DNA of 64,000 nucleotides, taken from assembly GCF_006345805.1 (NCBI RefSeq), contig NC_043003.1, positions 97,464,001 through 97,528,000 on the forward strand, written 5' to 3'. Position 1 is the first letter of the stretch; each line of letters opens with the position of its first letter. Source of the stretch: Octopus sinensis (lineage: Eukaryota). Under the pieces are notes generated by a model. The model was not told the origin of the DNA. It did no database searches and saw only the letters and a list, made by a program, of their open reading frames with translations. This document shows, one piece after another, positions 38,405 to 51,412 of the stretch. The position numbers and the translations under genes are program-made.

Positions 38405-39260
38405 ATTGGGTCATTTTGTCTAATAGCCCTGTCAACCACATTGTTCCACCACCACGTTACCTTGGGTCGAGATGGGACTTTGCTCCATCCACAGATCTGG
38501 TCAGTGGCTCTCAGCAGATTGTCCCGTAGAAACCTCCAGTTGTCTTCCACATTATGTGATGCTATATCCCCTTCTATTTCATTGAAGGCTTCGAGTAGTA
38601 CGTCTCTAAATCTCTGTCCATTTGCAGGACCATTAAGCTTCCAGACCCTTGTAGGTACTAGGTGAGAGGTGGGTTTCCTGAAGTTGGTATTGCAAACCAT
38701 AAGATCATTTGCATCGCAGAACTCCAGCAGCCTGGTTCCCTCCTCATTGCGAGAACCAAAACCGTAGCCTCCATGTATGCCATGCCATCCAACATGTCCA
38801 TTGAAATCACCAGCCACAAAGAGAAGGTCCCTGTCAACGAAGTAGTCTGCAATAGGGTGTCATAGAATCGGTCTTTCTGTCCTTCCGGTAGCCCCGGTTG
38901 AGGGTCATAGGCTGAGATAATTGTAGCTGACCTATGGTGAAGCACTAATCTAATCTTAAGTACTCTGTCACATACTCTGACTACCTCGATTACCTTATCA
39001 ACCCATTTCTCCACAAGAAGTATACTCACGTCCCCGACCCCGTCAGTGTTCCCTGCCTAGAAAATCTTGTACCTGTGTTCTTTGCCTGTGAGGAACTTAG
39101 CGGAACCTCCTCTCCACCTTACTTCTTGGATGCAGCACAAATCCACACGTCTCCGTTCAAGCAGCTCAACAATCTCACCAGACCTACCTTTCAATGTGCC
39201 AACTCTGAAGGTGTGGGAGGTGTGGGCCTGTGAGACCCTAGGATGAGAGACAGCAGTGTA
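38405..39260 (-). mobile_element. RTE LINE 5' region, APE endonuclease
   Basis: LCCIQEVRW, TIISAYDPQPG, AGDFNGHVG, NEEGTRLLEFC, TWWWN. Confidence 0.88.
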
Positions 39261-40209
39261 TCTGAAAAGAAAGCTTGCATTTGGCAGATTTCATAAAGAA
39301 ACACTAGACTACAACCTACATACACTACACAGTTTTTTGCACTATATGATCAAATAAACCCTACATAGGGGTGTGGATGGGAGTGTTCGCGAGGGTGGGG
39401 TACACAAGTAAGACAAAGCTAGTAACTTCCGGTTTTGGTGGAGGGGGTGGGAGGGCGGGTGTGCCGCGAAACAAGAGCATCGTCTTCTGCACTTGTAAGC
39501 GGGAGAATGAAATAACGAAATGATAACCTTGAATAAAAGAGGAATAAAAATGCATGATCTTAAGGAAGCTATCGGTACTATGTTTACATGATAGAGAAAT
39601 AGATAATAGAGAACGAATGGGAAGGGGTTAGGGTTACGATCTATGCATAAACAGGAATGGACGAGGCTGTGAAAGTCAAAATTGCTTAACTGCTCATTTT
39701 CTGAAATCCGTGTTTTATCAGCAGAGGAAATGAAAATCAAGTAGAGGAAAAAAAAACAGAGCATACGCTAGTTTATATAGAGTTAGGGATTAGGAGGGGA
39801 CTGTTGGTGCATTAGGTGGTAAATCGAAGAGGGAGGGAGGGACAAACACGAGGAAGAAGAATATTCGTAGGGGATTCTCTGTAACAATAATTAATGAAAC
39901 AGCAAATGCTGAAATCATGAGATAGAGTTGAAAGCTTTTGTGATTTGGGGAAAACAATTTAATTTAATGAAACAGCAGTGGTAAATTGAAAGAGAGAGAC
40001 AGTGAGGCAGGTGTGTGTCTGTTTGTCCCCCCCACCATTGCTTGACAACCGATGTTGGTGTGTTTACATCCCTGTAACTCAGCAGTTTGGCAAAAGAGAC
40101 TGATAGAATAAGTACTAGGCTTACAAAGAATAAGTCCTGGGGTCAGTTTGTTTGACTAAAGACAATGCTCCAGCATGGCTGCTGTCAAATGACTGAAACA
40201 AATAAAAGA

Positions 40210-40245
<36 letters not shown>

Positions 40246-40514
40246 TTCAATAGTCGGTTCTTTTGGTCAAACTATCGTATCTCCAGCTGCTTCAGATGCC
40301 AAGGTATCAAAAATTGTCAAAATGTAGTACAACGGTTTTGCAATAGAATGGTGAAACTATTTGTTTCGTTTTCTGAAAAAGCAACGTTTTTGACTTACAC
40401 TTTTGCATAATAGCAATGATATATATATATATATATATATTATGAAATAATGTTTTTCTGTCTTAGCAAAAAATAAAATAAAAATGTAATCTTTTGGGTT
40501 GTTTTGCTTTTCAG

Positions 40515-40569
40515 GAAATTGATCCTAACCTTGGATTATCTGAACTCCCTGAGGAATATTTTGAAGAAG
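40515..40569 (+). CDS. ASNA1: ASNA1/GET3 exon 3
   Basis: TTTTCAG| EIDPNLGLSELPEEYFEE G|GTAAAA; completes the conserved AMEIDP motif. Confidence 0.93.
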
Positions 40570-41337
40570 GTAAAATGAAAATAAATTCTTCTGTAAATGT
40601 GCATGTTTGTATATGTATCTGGTATGAGACAGCACACGCACATACACACCACACACACACACACACAACATAAATTTTCTATTCAGTATGAACTTGAAAA
40701 GCCTTTGAATGTTTTACTAATAGTTGATGACTCTCATTAGATACAACTTATTTTCATAATTAAGTTTAAATCTCCTCTTCTCTCTCTCTCATCATCATCA
40801 TCATCTTCCACTGGAAAAGAAAGAATATCCTTGAAGAATTCATAGATTTGAATGGGGAGTTATTCCCTTTTCTTTTCTGAATGTGATATAAACTTAGACA
40901 GAGGCATGGCTGTGTGGTTAAGACATTTGTTTCCGAGGCAAGTAGTTTCAGGTTCAGTCCCACTGCATAGCATCTTGGCCAAGTGTCTTCTACTTCAGTT
41001 CCAGGCTGACCAAACGTTGTAATTAGATTTGGTAGATGGAAACAGAAAGAAACCTTTGGATATGTATCATTATCCTCATCATCAGCATCCTTATTTTAAT
41101 GTCCAGTTTTCCATGCTCAGACAGGATGGATGGAATTCGTTACCTAACCTTATCTGTTTTCATGCAAGGTAATATTTCCGCATGACCAGACATGTTTTCA
41201 CAGAAGATTGGAAATACAGGACTCTACTTGTATGATAGCAACATTCATTAACAACTATCATGTGATGTCAAGATAGTAAGACACACATATTCATGCATGT
41301 ATGTATATATAAATATATATATATATATATGTATATA

Positions 41338-42629
41338 CTAGCTGAGGTACCCGGTAATACCCAGGAGCGGGGTTATTCCCAGTACCCATTACAATGCCTA
41401 ATTTCTCTCAGACGAAAAATGAAATCAAAACATAGGAGAGATAATAGAAGGCATAAGCAAATTCATTCACGAAACAATAATACAAATAAATACGTGTGGA
41501 ATCGGAAAATGACAATTGTTTGGTCAGATGAGTGGAAAGCTGCAAATATATAATCAATGGAAACATCAAGAAGAGAATTGTGAAGGAGTGCTATGAAAAA
41601 AAGGAACATAAACATTACAAAAGTAAACGAAAAAATTACTTAGAGGAAAGAGATTTTATTATTATTAATTATTATATCATCGTTTAGTGTCTGTTTTCCA
41701 TGCTAGCATGGGTTGGACGGTTCAAGTGGGGTCTGGGAAGCAAGAAGGCTGCACCAGGCCCAGTCTGATTTGGCAATGTTTCTACGGCTGGATGCCCTTC
41801 CTAATGCCAACCACTCCGAGAGTGTAGTGGGTGCTTTTTACAAAAACGGCTGGAGTGCAGAGGCAATAACATGGCAGTCATAAGAGTCGTAAGATGCTAT
41901 GGGGAGGTAAAACAAAGCATACAAAAATGATAACCTTCGTTATTTTGGGAAAATTCTCTTGCAACTTGAGAGAAAATTTTAATTGCACATGCACTTAATT
42001 TGACAACTGTGTTTCATGGGTATAGTTCCACTGATCGTGAGAATCACATATCAATTGCAATGGTTAGAACTGACAATTTTAAATGCAGGTGTTAAGAAAA
42101 TACATGTTACATGTTTTAGCATACAATGCTGCAACATTTAGAATCGATAGTTTTAAGTGCAGGTGTTAAAATACCTGTTATAGCAACCTGAGAATGCTGA
42201 AATAATTGATGAACATATTTTAACTCCACAACAATTTAGGCCAAATTTTGTTAATCAGTTAAACAAAAATCATTGTGTGCTTTGCTTGAGTGGCCTAGGT
42301 AAAAATTTATTTGTCTCAACCCATCTTTAGCACATATTCCATCTTTGTATAAAATTTCAAGAAAATCTGTTGAAAACTTAAAAAGTTATGGCAGAAAATA
42401 ACATTCATATGAAAATTTGCATTGAAATGTCCTATTGATTTTTGAAAAATCAACGCTGATTAAAAATTACTGATTTTTTTTGAAATTCCAAGTGCATAAG
42501 TAACCGCATGTGCATAAGCCCCACACACGGGTCAAGTTTCATCAAGATTGGTTGGATAGTCCCGGAGGGGTTAAAGCAACAAATTCACAAACACACACAT
42601 ACAGCCACAGACAAACAGAAATTGTCATT

Positions 42630-42655
<26 letters not shown>
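41338..42655 (-). mobile_element. Non-autonomous Helitron-like element
   Basis: Minus-strand 5' end TC(TA)nAAATGACAATTTCTGTTTGTCTGT; 3' end GGGTATTACCGGGTACC..CTAG-T with GC hairpin-like stretch; carries an RTE tail at 41677-41840. Confidence 0.6.
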
Positions 42656-42673
<18 letters not shown>

Positions 42674-42681
42674 TTAATCAA

Positions 42682-42956
42682 TGAAGTTCCAACATAATCT
42701 AATTTTCACATTTTATTATTTACAATTTTTACAATATTATAATAATAGAATATTGTATATTTATTGTATTGTGATAAAACTAGTACTTTCATGTGTTGAG
42801 CAATCATCAGGTTTTCAGTTGTGAAACACAACTGTCACTACATGGAAGTATTAGTTTTACCACAATAAATATATAATATTCTATTATTATGATATTGCGA
42901 AATTGCAAAGAAAACTGTAAATAATAAAACATGAAAATCAGATTGTTGGAATTTCA
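42682..42956. repeat. AT-rich foldback / MITE-like imperfect inverted repeat, about 110-bp arms
   Basis: TGAAGTTCCAACA..ATAATAATAGAATATT..CTTTCATGT mirrored by ACATGGAAG..AATATTCTATTATTAT..TGTTGGAATTTCA. Confidence 0.8.
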
Positions 42957-43336
42957 GTGTATAAATCACAAACAAGAATGGAGAAAATTATATCTTTAAT
43001 TGAAGTGCATCAGTAAAATGCTATGCAAATTGATATGTATTGCTTGCAGTTATGTTCAGAATATGAACAGCATGCAAAAGATAGATCATTAGTAAAATTA
43101 AAACTAAGACACTGCACTGAATTTAAGAGATTTCCCTCAAAATGCTTGTGTTTTTCACCACAGCAAATGACTCAGAAAGTATTTACTTGTGCATTTAGAA
43201 ATATCCTAATTCAATCTAAACAGCAATCTTTCATATTTTATTTCCTTTGATCATATTGTTTTTAATTATTGTGTATTTTATTGTACTTTTTTTATTTATT
43301 TCTTTATTTCTCTGCCAATATTTGTATGTGTATGTG

Positions 43337-43379
<43 letters not shown>

Positions 43380-43516
43380 CTCTGCATTTAAATTGGTGTA
43401 ATGGTTGCATTGTTCAATTAAATGGAGTTGCGTGAAACGATCGTACTGCATTACCTCTCGATATCCTTGTTGCTTATTTTGATATATATATATATATATG
43501 TATGTATGTATGTATA

Positions 43517-43575
<59 letters not shown>

Positions 43576-43828
43576 AGATAGATAGATGTACCATTACAAT
43601 TTATTACATATCCTTCTATATATTGTGTGCCTCTTTCCCTCCCCTCGTATTGTAAATGTATTTTCAAAGTCTGTATTTTCTTTTTTTTTATGTCCCTTAG
43701 TGAAAGTTTCTTAATATATGTATCTCTTCAAACCCTTATGGCCAATAAAGAAAAGATCATTATTATTATTGTTATTATTATTATTATTATATTATTATTA
43801 TTATTATTATATTATTATTCCCTTCAAG

Positions 43829-43922
43829 CTGACATGATGAGTATGGGTAAGACAATGATGCAGGAGCTACTTGGTGCATTCCCTGGCATTGATGAAGCAA
43901 TGAGTTTTGCTGAAGTTATCAA
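43829..43922 (+). CDS. ASNA1: ASNA1/GET3 exon 4
   Basis: CCCTTCAAG| [31 protein letters not shown] |GTAAGG; conserved PGIDEAMS; phases 1 and 2 fit the neighbours. Confidence 0.92.
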
Positions 43923-44204
43923 GTAAGGGTTTTTCTCTTTTCATTATTTCCTTTACTTCTCTCTCTCTCTCTCTCTTCCTTGCTTGTCTTCTCTTCCCCT
44001 TCCTCCTCCTCCTCTCTTTTCAGGTATCTGACATTTTCTAATTTTCTTTTTAATGTGGACTTGTTTTTTTGTTTTTTTTAAAGATTTCTCTCTTTATTAT
44101 ACAGGATATTTGAGTTAAATTTGATAGTTTACATTAAAAGGAAAAGAAAACTCAACATTCCATACAAAAATAAAAGTGTTTTTTTTTAAATCAAGAAATA
44201 CCAA

Positions 44205-44542
44205 ATGTGGCCGTTGCCAGCGCCACCTCGACTGGCCTCGTGCTGGTGGCACGTAAAAAGCACCATCCGATTGTGGCGGTTGCCAGCCTCGCCTGGCCCC
44301 CGTGATGGTGGCACGTAAAAAGCACCATCCGATCATGGCCGTTTGCCAGCCTCATCTGGCATGTTAAAAGCACCCGCTACACTCACGGAGTGGTTGGCGT
44401 TAGGAAGGGCATCCAGCCGTAGAAACATTGCCAGATCAGACTGGGCCTGGTGCAGCCTTCTGGCTTCCCAGACCCCAGTTGAACCGTCCAACCCATGCTA
44501 GCATGGAAAGCGGATGCTAAACGAAGATGATGATGATGATGA
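44205..44542 (+). mobile_element. RTE 3' tail fragment
   Basis: Family subrepeats and (GAT)n tail. Confidence 0.85.
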
Positions 44543-44738
44543 TTACATCTGGGAAATAACAGTAATAAGATATCTTACTTTACTCTCTTCTACTTTCTCT
44601 TTTGAAAACAATATGCTTGGTTTTTCTGCCATATAGCTAAATTGCCAAATCATATCTCATCATTGCTGTGAAGTCTGCTACCATCATTTAACGTTCATAT
44701 TCCATGCAGGCATGAGTTGGCTGGTTTGACAGGGATCT

Positions 44739-44970
44739 GCGGCAAGCTGGCAGAAACGTTAGCACACCGGGCGAAATGCTTAGCGGTATTTCGTCAGCCG
44801 TTACGTTCTGAGTTCAAATTCTGCCGAGGTCAACTTTGCCTTTCAATCTTTCGGGGTTGATGAATTAAGTACCAGTTACGCCCTGGGGTCAATGTAATCA
44901 ACTTAATCCCTTTGTCTGTCCTTGTTTGTCCCCTCTACGTTTAGCACCTTGTGGGCAATAAAGAAATAAG
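44739..44970 (+). mobile_element. SINE family B
   Basis: Full-length homolog of the 3845 copy; flanked by G(G/A)GATCTG. Confidence 0.88.
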
Positions 44971-45548
44971 AGATCTGATAGGGCCAAGGACTGCATTGTG
45001 CTTCAGTGTCTGTTTTGGCATAGTTTCTTACTGCTGGATGCCCTTCCTAAAGCCAGTCATTTTACAGTGATGATTTGGTACTTTTTCCATGCCACCAGTG
45101 CTAGTGAGGTTGCTATGCAGCTTACAAGACTACACACTCCATGAGGGCAGCTTTATGCTTGAAGATTAGGGGTAAAAGTATGAGTAAAGGGGCTAGAGCA
45201 GAACAGACTTCTTAGTGTAGAGGAACTACACGGCAACTCACATTTAGAAGAGAGGGTGGGAGTGATCAAGTGGGGATGGAAAGTAAATATCAGGGTGCAC
45301 TTTCAAGGTTTAAGATGGATAGAGATGAACGTGAAGAAGAATCAGACATGTGGGTTGGTGGATGGAGGTTGCATGAGAGTATGAGGTGAATGGAAGATAG
45401 GGGAATGGGTGAGGTGGAGGAAGGTAGACAACCACTGTAAAAGTTGGGTGGGGTCGAAACTCATGTTGTGACTAGTGGATAACTAATAATGCAAGAGTTA
45501 AGGGAGGAATAGCAAAGTAGAAGATGATTTGTTTGAATGTTTTAAATA

Positions 45549-45769
45549 CCTATTTCTTTACTACCCACAAGGGGCTAAACACAGAGAGGACAGACAAACG
45601 GATTAAGTCGATTATATCGACCCCAGTGTGTAAGTGGTATTTAATTTATCGACCCTGAAAGGGATGAAAGGCAAAGTCGACCTCGGTGGAATTTGAACTC
45701 AGAACGTAACGGCAGACGAAATACGGCTACGCATTTCACCCGGCATGCTAATGATTCTGCCAGATCGCC
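45549..45769 (-). mobile_element. SINE family B with TSD
   Basis: AATGTTTTAAATACC on both flanks. Confidence 0.88.
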
Positions 45770-45943
45770 AAATGTTTTAAATACCAGTCATACATTGGAG
45801 TCAATTCATTCAACTATGCTCCTTCTCCATGGATACCTTAGCCTTGTGTCAGTGTAAAAGAAAAAACAACAAAAATATTCAGTATGTACTCCACTTATTT
45901 CTTTTGCAATTTTTATTTAGAGTTTGCTTCTCTCTGTTTGCAG

Positions 45944-46094
45944 GTTAGTTAAAGGAATGAACTTTTCATGTGTTGTCTTTGATACAGCGCCTACAGGACA
46001 CACTTTGCGCCTTCTCTCTTTCCCTAGTGTAGTTGAGAAAGGACTTGGAAAACTACTACGAATTCGCAGTCATTTTAGCCCATTTTTTTCTCAG
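45944..46094 (+). CDS. ASNA1: ASNA1/GET3 exon 5
   Basis: TTTGCAG| [38 protein letters not shown]...FFSQ |GTAAAC; switch II DTAPTGH. Confidence 0.96.
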
Positions 46095-47524
46095 GTAAAC
46101 TGAATTTTTCTCTGTGTGTATGTTTATATGGGTCAGAGACAAATGAGCAATATGGTCACTAGGGTAAAGCTGTCAAATAAAGTGTATCTTGGACTGGAAA
46201 AGAATTGGGATTATCTTGGTTGAATGCCTTGCTGGTTTAATTGAGTAGAACTAAACTGGGTTTGTTGTTTCTATTTCACAAAACTGGAGTGAAATAGAAA
46301 CTACAATTATGTATCTCTCAATGATTAAACTTCAGCTCCTCCAGTCATTTTGATTGTTAATTGGCCAAACTAGTTGTCACCCAATTTTCAGTTGCCCATT
46401 TACAACCACATTGTGTGTGTTGTGGGGAACAGGAGGGCTGGCAACAGTAAGGGCACCTGGCCATAGGAAATCTGACTCAACAGATTTTTAACGTGACTTG
46501 TATGTATGTATGTACAATGGCTGCAACTCAGTTTTGAATAATGTTATTGCTTGTTTGTTCTCTTAAACAAGAGTAGCATGGATGTGATTTTTCAGTCCTG
46601 CTAGGAACTTAAACTCTTTTGCACAGATGTTTTAACAATGGGCACCTCTTGAAGAAGGTGTTATAAAACTGTCTTGGTGAAATTTTATCACATATCAGTT
46701 GGCCTCTTGATACATTCTTTTCCACACTCCCTTCAAGTAGAAATGCTATTTAATTCATTGTCAGCAACTTACCTGTGTGTGTGTGTGTGTGGTTGGGGGC
46801 TTCTCTGATTACCTCTAAGAGCTACACTACTTAGATGGCATACCCACACTTATTACATGTTAAAATTGGTCTGTGTGCCCACATACTCAGGCAAATTCAC
46901 ATGAAGACTCTTACAAACATCTCTCTGAAACTGTTCATGCTTTATGTGATTTCATTTAGATTCTCTCCTCCCATCGTGCACTACTTTCTTCCATGATGAA
47001 CAATCTAGAGTGAGGTTTTCCCATCCATTTTTCAAGTTTTTCACTTTGATAGTGTATTCTTAATGCAGTCCTTACACCTTGATTTCGGTTTGTGCACTGT
47101 TCTTTAAAACCTGGGCTAACTCACTATATAACAGTTGCTTAGGTATCCAATCATTGTCCAGCTTGACGACATGACCTCTCCATCTTAATCATAGCTGGAA
47201 TACTTGAGACTCTATTCTTGGTAGACTGACTAAGTTTGAAGACTTGAACAGCACTTACATACATCTGCCATCAGATATGGCAGAGATCCCGTTATTGAAA
47301 TTAGTCCAGTCTTTTCATATGTCTCATAAGTAACTCAGATCTCACCTGCATATAGCAATGAAGACAAAACACTTGGTGTTGCTAATAACGAGTTGCATGG
47401 TCAGGCCACTGGCAACTAAGCCAGCAGCCCTAGCAAGACAAGGACGGTGGATTTTGTTGGACACCCTGAAGGAGGAAAAACAAAACCTGTCAAAGGGCAG
47501 ATGAATCCAGTAGAGTCTGTGGCC

Positions 47525-47563
<39 letters not shown>

Positions 47564-47584
47564 CATACTTACAAGAATTTTAAA

Positions 47585-47720
47585 AGGATCTGTATTCACC
47601 ATGACAATGCTTGACTACATATATCTTTGGCAACAAATCCAGGCAATCAGTAACCTGGTCTGTTCAGTTGTTCCCCTCCAACTGTTCACCAATTTGTTCC
47701 AAAGTTCTTATCTCAACGTA
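47585..47720 (+). mobile_element. Mariner-like transposase relic
   Basis: VF/HHDNA motif followed by degenerate sequence. Confidence 0.3.
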
Positions 47721-48272
47721 AAATTTACGAAGTGAATGTCATTCATCTGACAAATGTCATCTGACAAACATCAAGCAAGATGACGTGAATCAGCCAAGTT
47801 TTACCTGCTAGAAATAGCAACCCAAATGCTTTTAAATCTAATCCCAATGCTGGATGTTCAAGATCCAAATGAAGGGCAGATTTTTCAATCCTGGGATCAT
47901 CCTAATTCCAAAAAGGTATAATATGCCTATGTAGAGCAAATGAAGATGGACAGAATTTCACTTTTATTATTATATATGAGCAACGAATGGAGATAATCTG
48001 TTAAAACTTTGTAAAACTATCAATAAATGGAACACAAATAAGGGAACAAAACCTGAAACCACATGGGTTGCCAAAATTAGGTGTCAACTAAATACTGAGT
48101 TTGATTAAGTCGATTGTGTTAATGTAAATGGGGAAACTTACTATAAGACCCTAATATCATCATTATTGAACAACTTAGAACAGTCTGTTGTTATCATTAC
48201 TGAGAAAGTTATTTCCTTTTCTTTCTCTCCAAATTTTGTGTTCTGCAATTCATATTGATCCACCTATTTCAG

Positions 48273-48380
48273 GTTGCAAGTCTGTTAGGTATGCAAGATT
48301 TGAATGCTGAAGAAATGACCAAGAGATTAGATGATATGCTGGAGACTATACGGAATGTGAATATTCAGTTCAAGAATCCG
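48273..48380 (+). CDS. ASNA1: ASNA1/GET3 exon 6
   Basis: TTTCAG| VASLLGMQDLNAEEMTKRLDDMLETIRNVNIQFKNP |GTGAGT. Confidence 0.94.
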
Positions 48381-49093
48381 GTGAGTTTGGTTTGCTGCAT
48401 TATTTATTTTTGTTGCCATTGTCTTGTAGTATTTTGCTGTGTCTCTTCATCTTCTTAATTCAAATGCTGTTGAAATAGACCTTACCATTCAATCATGCTG
48501 CTGGTTAGTCTCTCTGTTAAGGGTAGACTCTCACTTTCACGTGCATTCTTCCCATTCAGCAGCCTCTAAACGTTGAACTTTTCATGCTTCTTTCTTTCCA
48601 TTGCCAGTGAGTGCAAAAGCGCTACTATCATGCCATATATGACTCTCCCTAAAAACATCTCAATTCTTTGTAGCACTGTGATATTTTTGTCCCCCTGACC
48701 TTCATGCCATAGATGTGCAAACTTCTTTCTTTCTGCCTCTCACCTTGCTAAGCATATTGTCTAACATCTGGCTTCTCTTCTATCTGTTTGATATTTTTCT
48801 TTACCACCTTCTTTTTTCCAGTCTGCTCAGACCTGTTTCTTATTTTTTTACAGCCCTATGTACAATGCTCTTCTACACCAAATCACTTCCTGTGTAGTTG
48901 AGCCCTTGCTCCAATCACAGAACTGGTCTGTGGCTTTCAGCAGATTGTCCCATAGAAACTTCCAATTTTTTCTCTATATTGTAAATCTCTTTGTGCCCTT
49001 CTCTCGCTTCAGATGTTTCAAGTAGTACTTCCCTCAACTTTTGTCTGTTCAATGGCTCTTTTAGCTCCCACATCTCTTTCTCTCCAAGCTGAC

Positions 49094-49323
49094 TTAACCC
49101 TTTCGATACCAACCTGACTGAAACCGTCTCTGGTTCTGTAGTACCAATGTCTTGTTTTCAAAAGTTCTGAATTGAAATCTTCCACCAAACCTTAGTCACA
49201 ATTTATGTTCTTAACACTAGCTTAATGATAACTAAGTTATTTTACATAATTCTTTGTTATATTTAAAATTAATTTAAAGAAACACAGAGCATCTCAACAG
49301 AAATATGGTAACAAAAGGGTTAA
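49094..49323. mobile_element. piggyBac-like MITE nested in an RTE fragment (about 48890-49560)
   Basis: TTAA-CCCTTT...AAAAGGG-TTAA; reverse complement of the 6929-7152 copy. Confidence 0.85.
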
Positions 49324-49660
49324 GCCTCTAGATTTCATTTCATTTAGCGTCCGCTTTCCATGCTAGTATGGGTTGGACGATTTATCTAGCTTTAATTCCG
49401 AAATCAGTAATCATTAACCTCTGTTGATTGGTACATTCTTCCCTGGGGAAAGATTTAGCATTCACAGCTGTCTGTCTGTCCACTTATCTGGTGAGAATGA
49501 TGCCTATCTTGCTTCTATGTTCACATGATTGTTAGGTAATTAGGTGGTTGACAGATTTCCTGGAGTTAATGTTGTAAATGTTTAGATCGTCCTAAATGAC
49601 TCTGGCTATTTAGAAACCGATAACAACTGAAGAGTGTAAATGAGGTGTAAAAAACATACA

Positions 49661-50086
49661 TACCGTAAATCCTCGAGTATAATCCGCACTTTTTTCCCAA
49701 AATTTAAAGGTCAAAATCCCTAGTGCATACTATATACAAGGTTAAAAATGAAAATCATTTTCTAAGCAATGTTCGAGTCTCTATTTGCTATCCGGCAATG
49801 TTTATTCAGATGCATTTTGTGATGTCGGGCGCGAAAATACCTTAAATCATCCATAACTTGCAGTAAGCAACATTTATTAAATGTTATTACTGTTATTTCT
49901 TTATTTTCTGCAAACAAAATGCACAAAAAAGCCACACATTTGTATTATGTTATATAGCCCTCCTTGACTCAAGTTAGAGAAGGGGTGCGTTTTATACACA
50001 AGGTTTAGGTTTCTCAGAGGTACAGCCCCCTAAAAATCCCCTGCGTATTATACTCAAGAGCAGACTATACTCGAGGATTTACGGTA
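49661..50086. mobile_element. Tc1/mariner-superfamily (Tc2/pogo-like) MITE
   Basis: TA-CCGTAAATCCTCGAGTATA ... TATACTCGAGGATTTACGG-TA perfect TIRs with TA TSD; second copy at 54915. Confidence 0.9.
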
Positions 50087-50337
50087 TGTACAGGGAACTG
50101 AATCTGAAGAGATGCAGTAGAGTGTAGAAGCAAAAGTTTCAAATTGGTATTACATTGAGCCATAGATACTGATTCTAAATCTACTACAATTACTTTCATC
50201 AGTCTCAGGTCACCTAGTTTAATAGGTAAAAGCATCAAATTATTCCAAGACTGTCTTTACATGAGACTGGTATTCTATTTCAACAGATTTACTCCTCACA
50301 TTCTTAATGATATCTAACCAGAGCTAAGTATCTGCTC

Positions 50338-50561
50338 TTAACTCTTTAGCATTTAAAGTAGCAATATCTGGCCAAAATATTCTGTTTTATGTTCAAATCA
50401 GCTGGATCTCACCTCTCACAGCTACGCTACATTGTTATTCTAAAAATAAGCAATCACATTGTCAAAATCTTAGAGCAACAAAGCAATGCATGATTAATTC
50501 AAAACAATGTGAATAAATAAGTATCACATTTGACAGAAAAGTCTGAATGCGAAAGGATTAA
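50338..50561. mobile_element. Second piggyBac-like MITE family, diverged
   Basis: TTAA-CTCTTTAGCATT ... AATGCGAAAGGA-TTAA. Confidence 0.55.
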
Positions 50562-51211
50562 GAATCCCTTGGCTCTATCAGACATATTATACATTGGAAA
50601 ATAGCTGGTAATCCTTGATAGTCATGTGACCACCACCAAAGAATTCATCTTGAAGTATGTCAAGGGGCATACATTAATACATGTGTTAGTTTCTGAAAAT
50701 ATCTCATGTGATTATTATTGACATGTGACAACTAATTGCAAATTGGTCTTGAATGTCATATTGTATAAATCCTTAAATCCTTAAAATGTTTTAGCCCGAA
50801 GGCCACGGCCATGCTGGGGCACTTTTATATTATGGCTGGGGAAGGGCAGCAAGCTGGCAGAAACATCAGCACTTCAGACAAAATACTTATCAGCATTATG
50901 TTCTCAGTTCAAATGCCTTCAAGGTTAGCTTTGCTTTTCGTCCTTTTGGGATCGATAAAATAAGTATGAGTAGAGCATCGGGGTCAATGTAATCTGCCCA
51001 TCCCCTGAAAATTGCTTGCCAAAAATTAGAAAGTAGATGCTATGGTTAGGGAAGCCTCATTAAGTTCAGTTTGCATTGATATTTCACATCAGGATCAGCT
51101 TGTAATATCTTCCACCCCAGACAGAATTCACTGTATGTATGAGTCAACTCTTGTTCAATGATTCCTCCTTGTTGTCCTCATTATCATCGTAGTTTGCATT
51201 TTCTGTTTCAG

Positions 51212-51412
51212 GATCAAACAACATTTGTGTGTGTGTGTATTGCTGAGTTCCTGTCTCTGTATGAAACAGAGCGATTGGTTCAGGAGCTAACACGTTATGG
51301 CATCGACACTCATAACGTAGTGGTCAACCAGCTACTATTTGTGTCGAAAGGTGAGGAGGCGTGTAAGATGTGCAGATCCCGTCACAAAATACAGTCCAAA
51401 TACATCGATCAA
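51212..51412 (+). CDS. ASNA1: ASNA1/GET3 exon 7
   Basis: TTTCAG| [26 protein letters not shown]...VVVNQ...CKMC...YIDQ |GTAAGT; CxxC zinc-binding dimer motif. Confidence 0.96.

Noticed and set aside
51226-51239. (GT)n microsatellite inside exon 7
   Set aside because: Encodes the conserved FVCVCI motif
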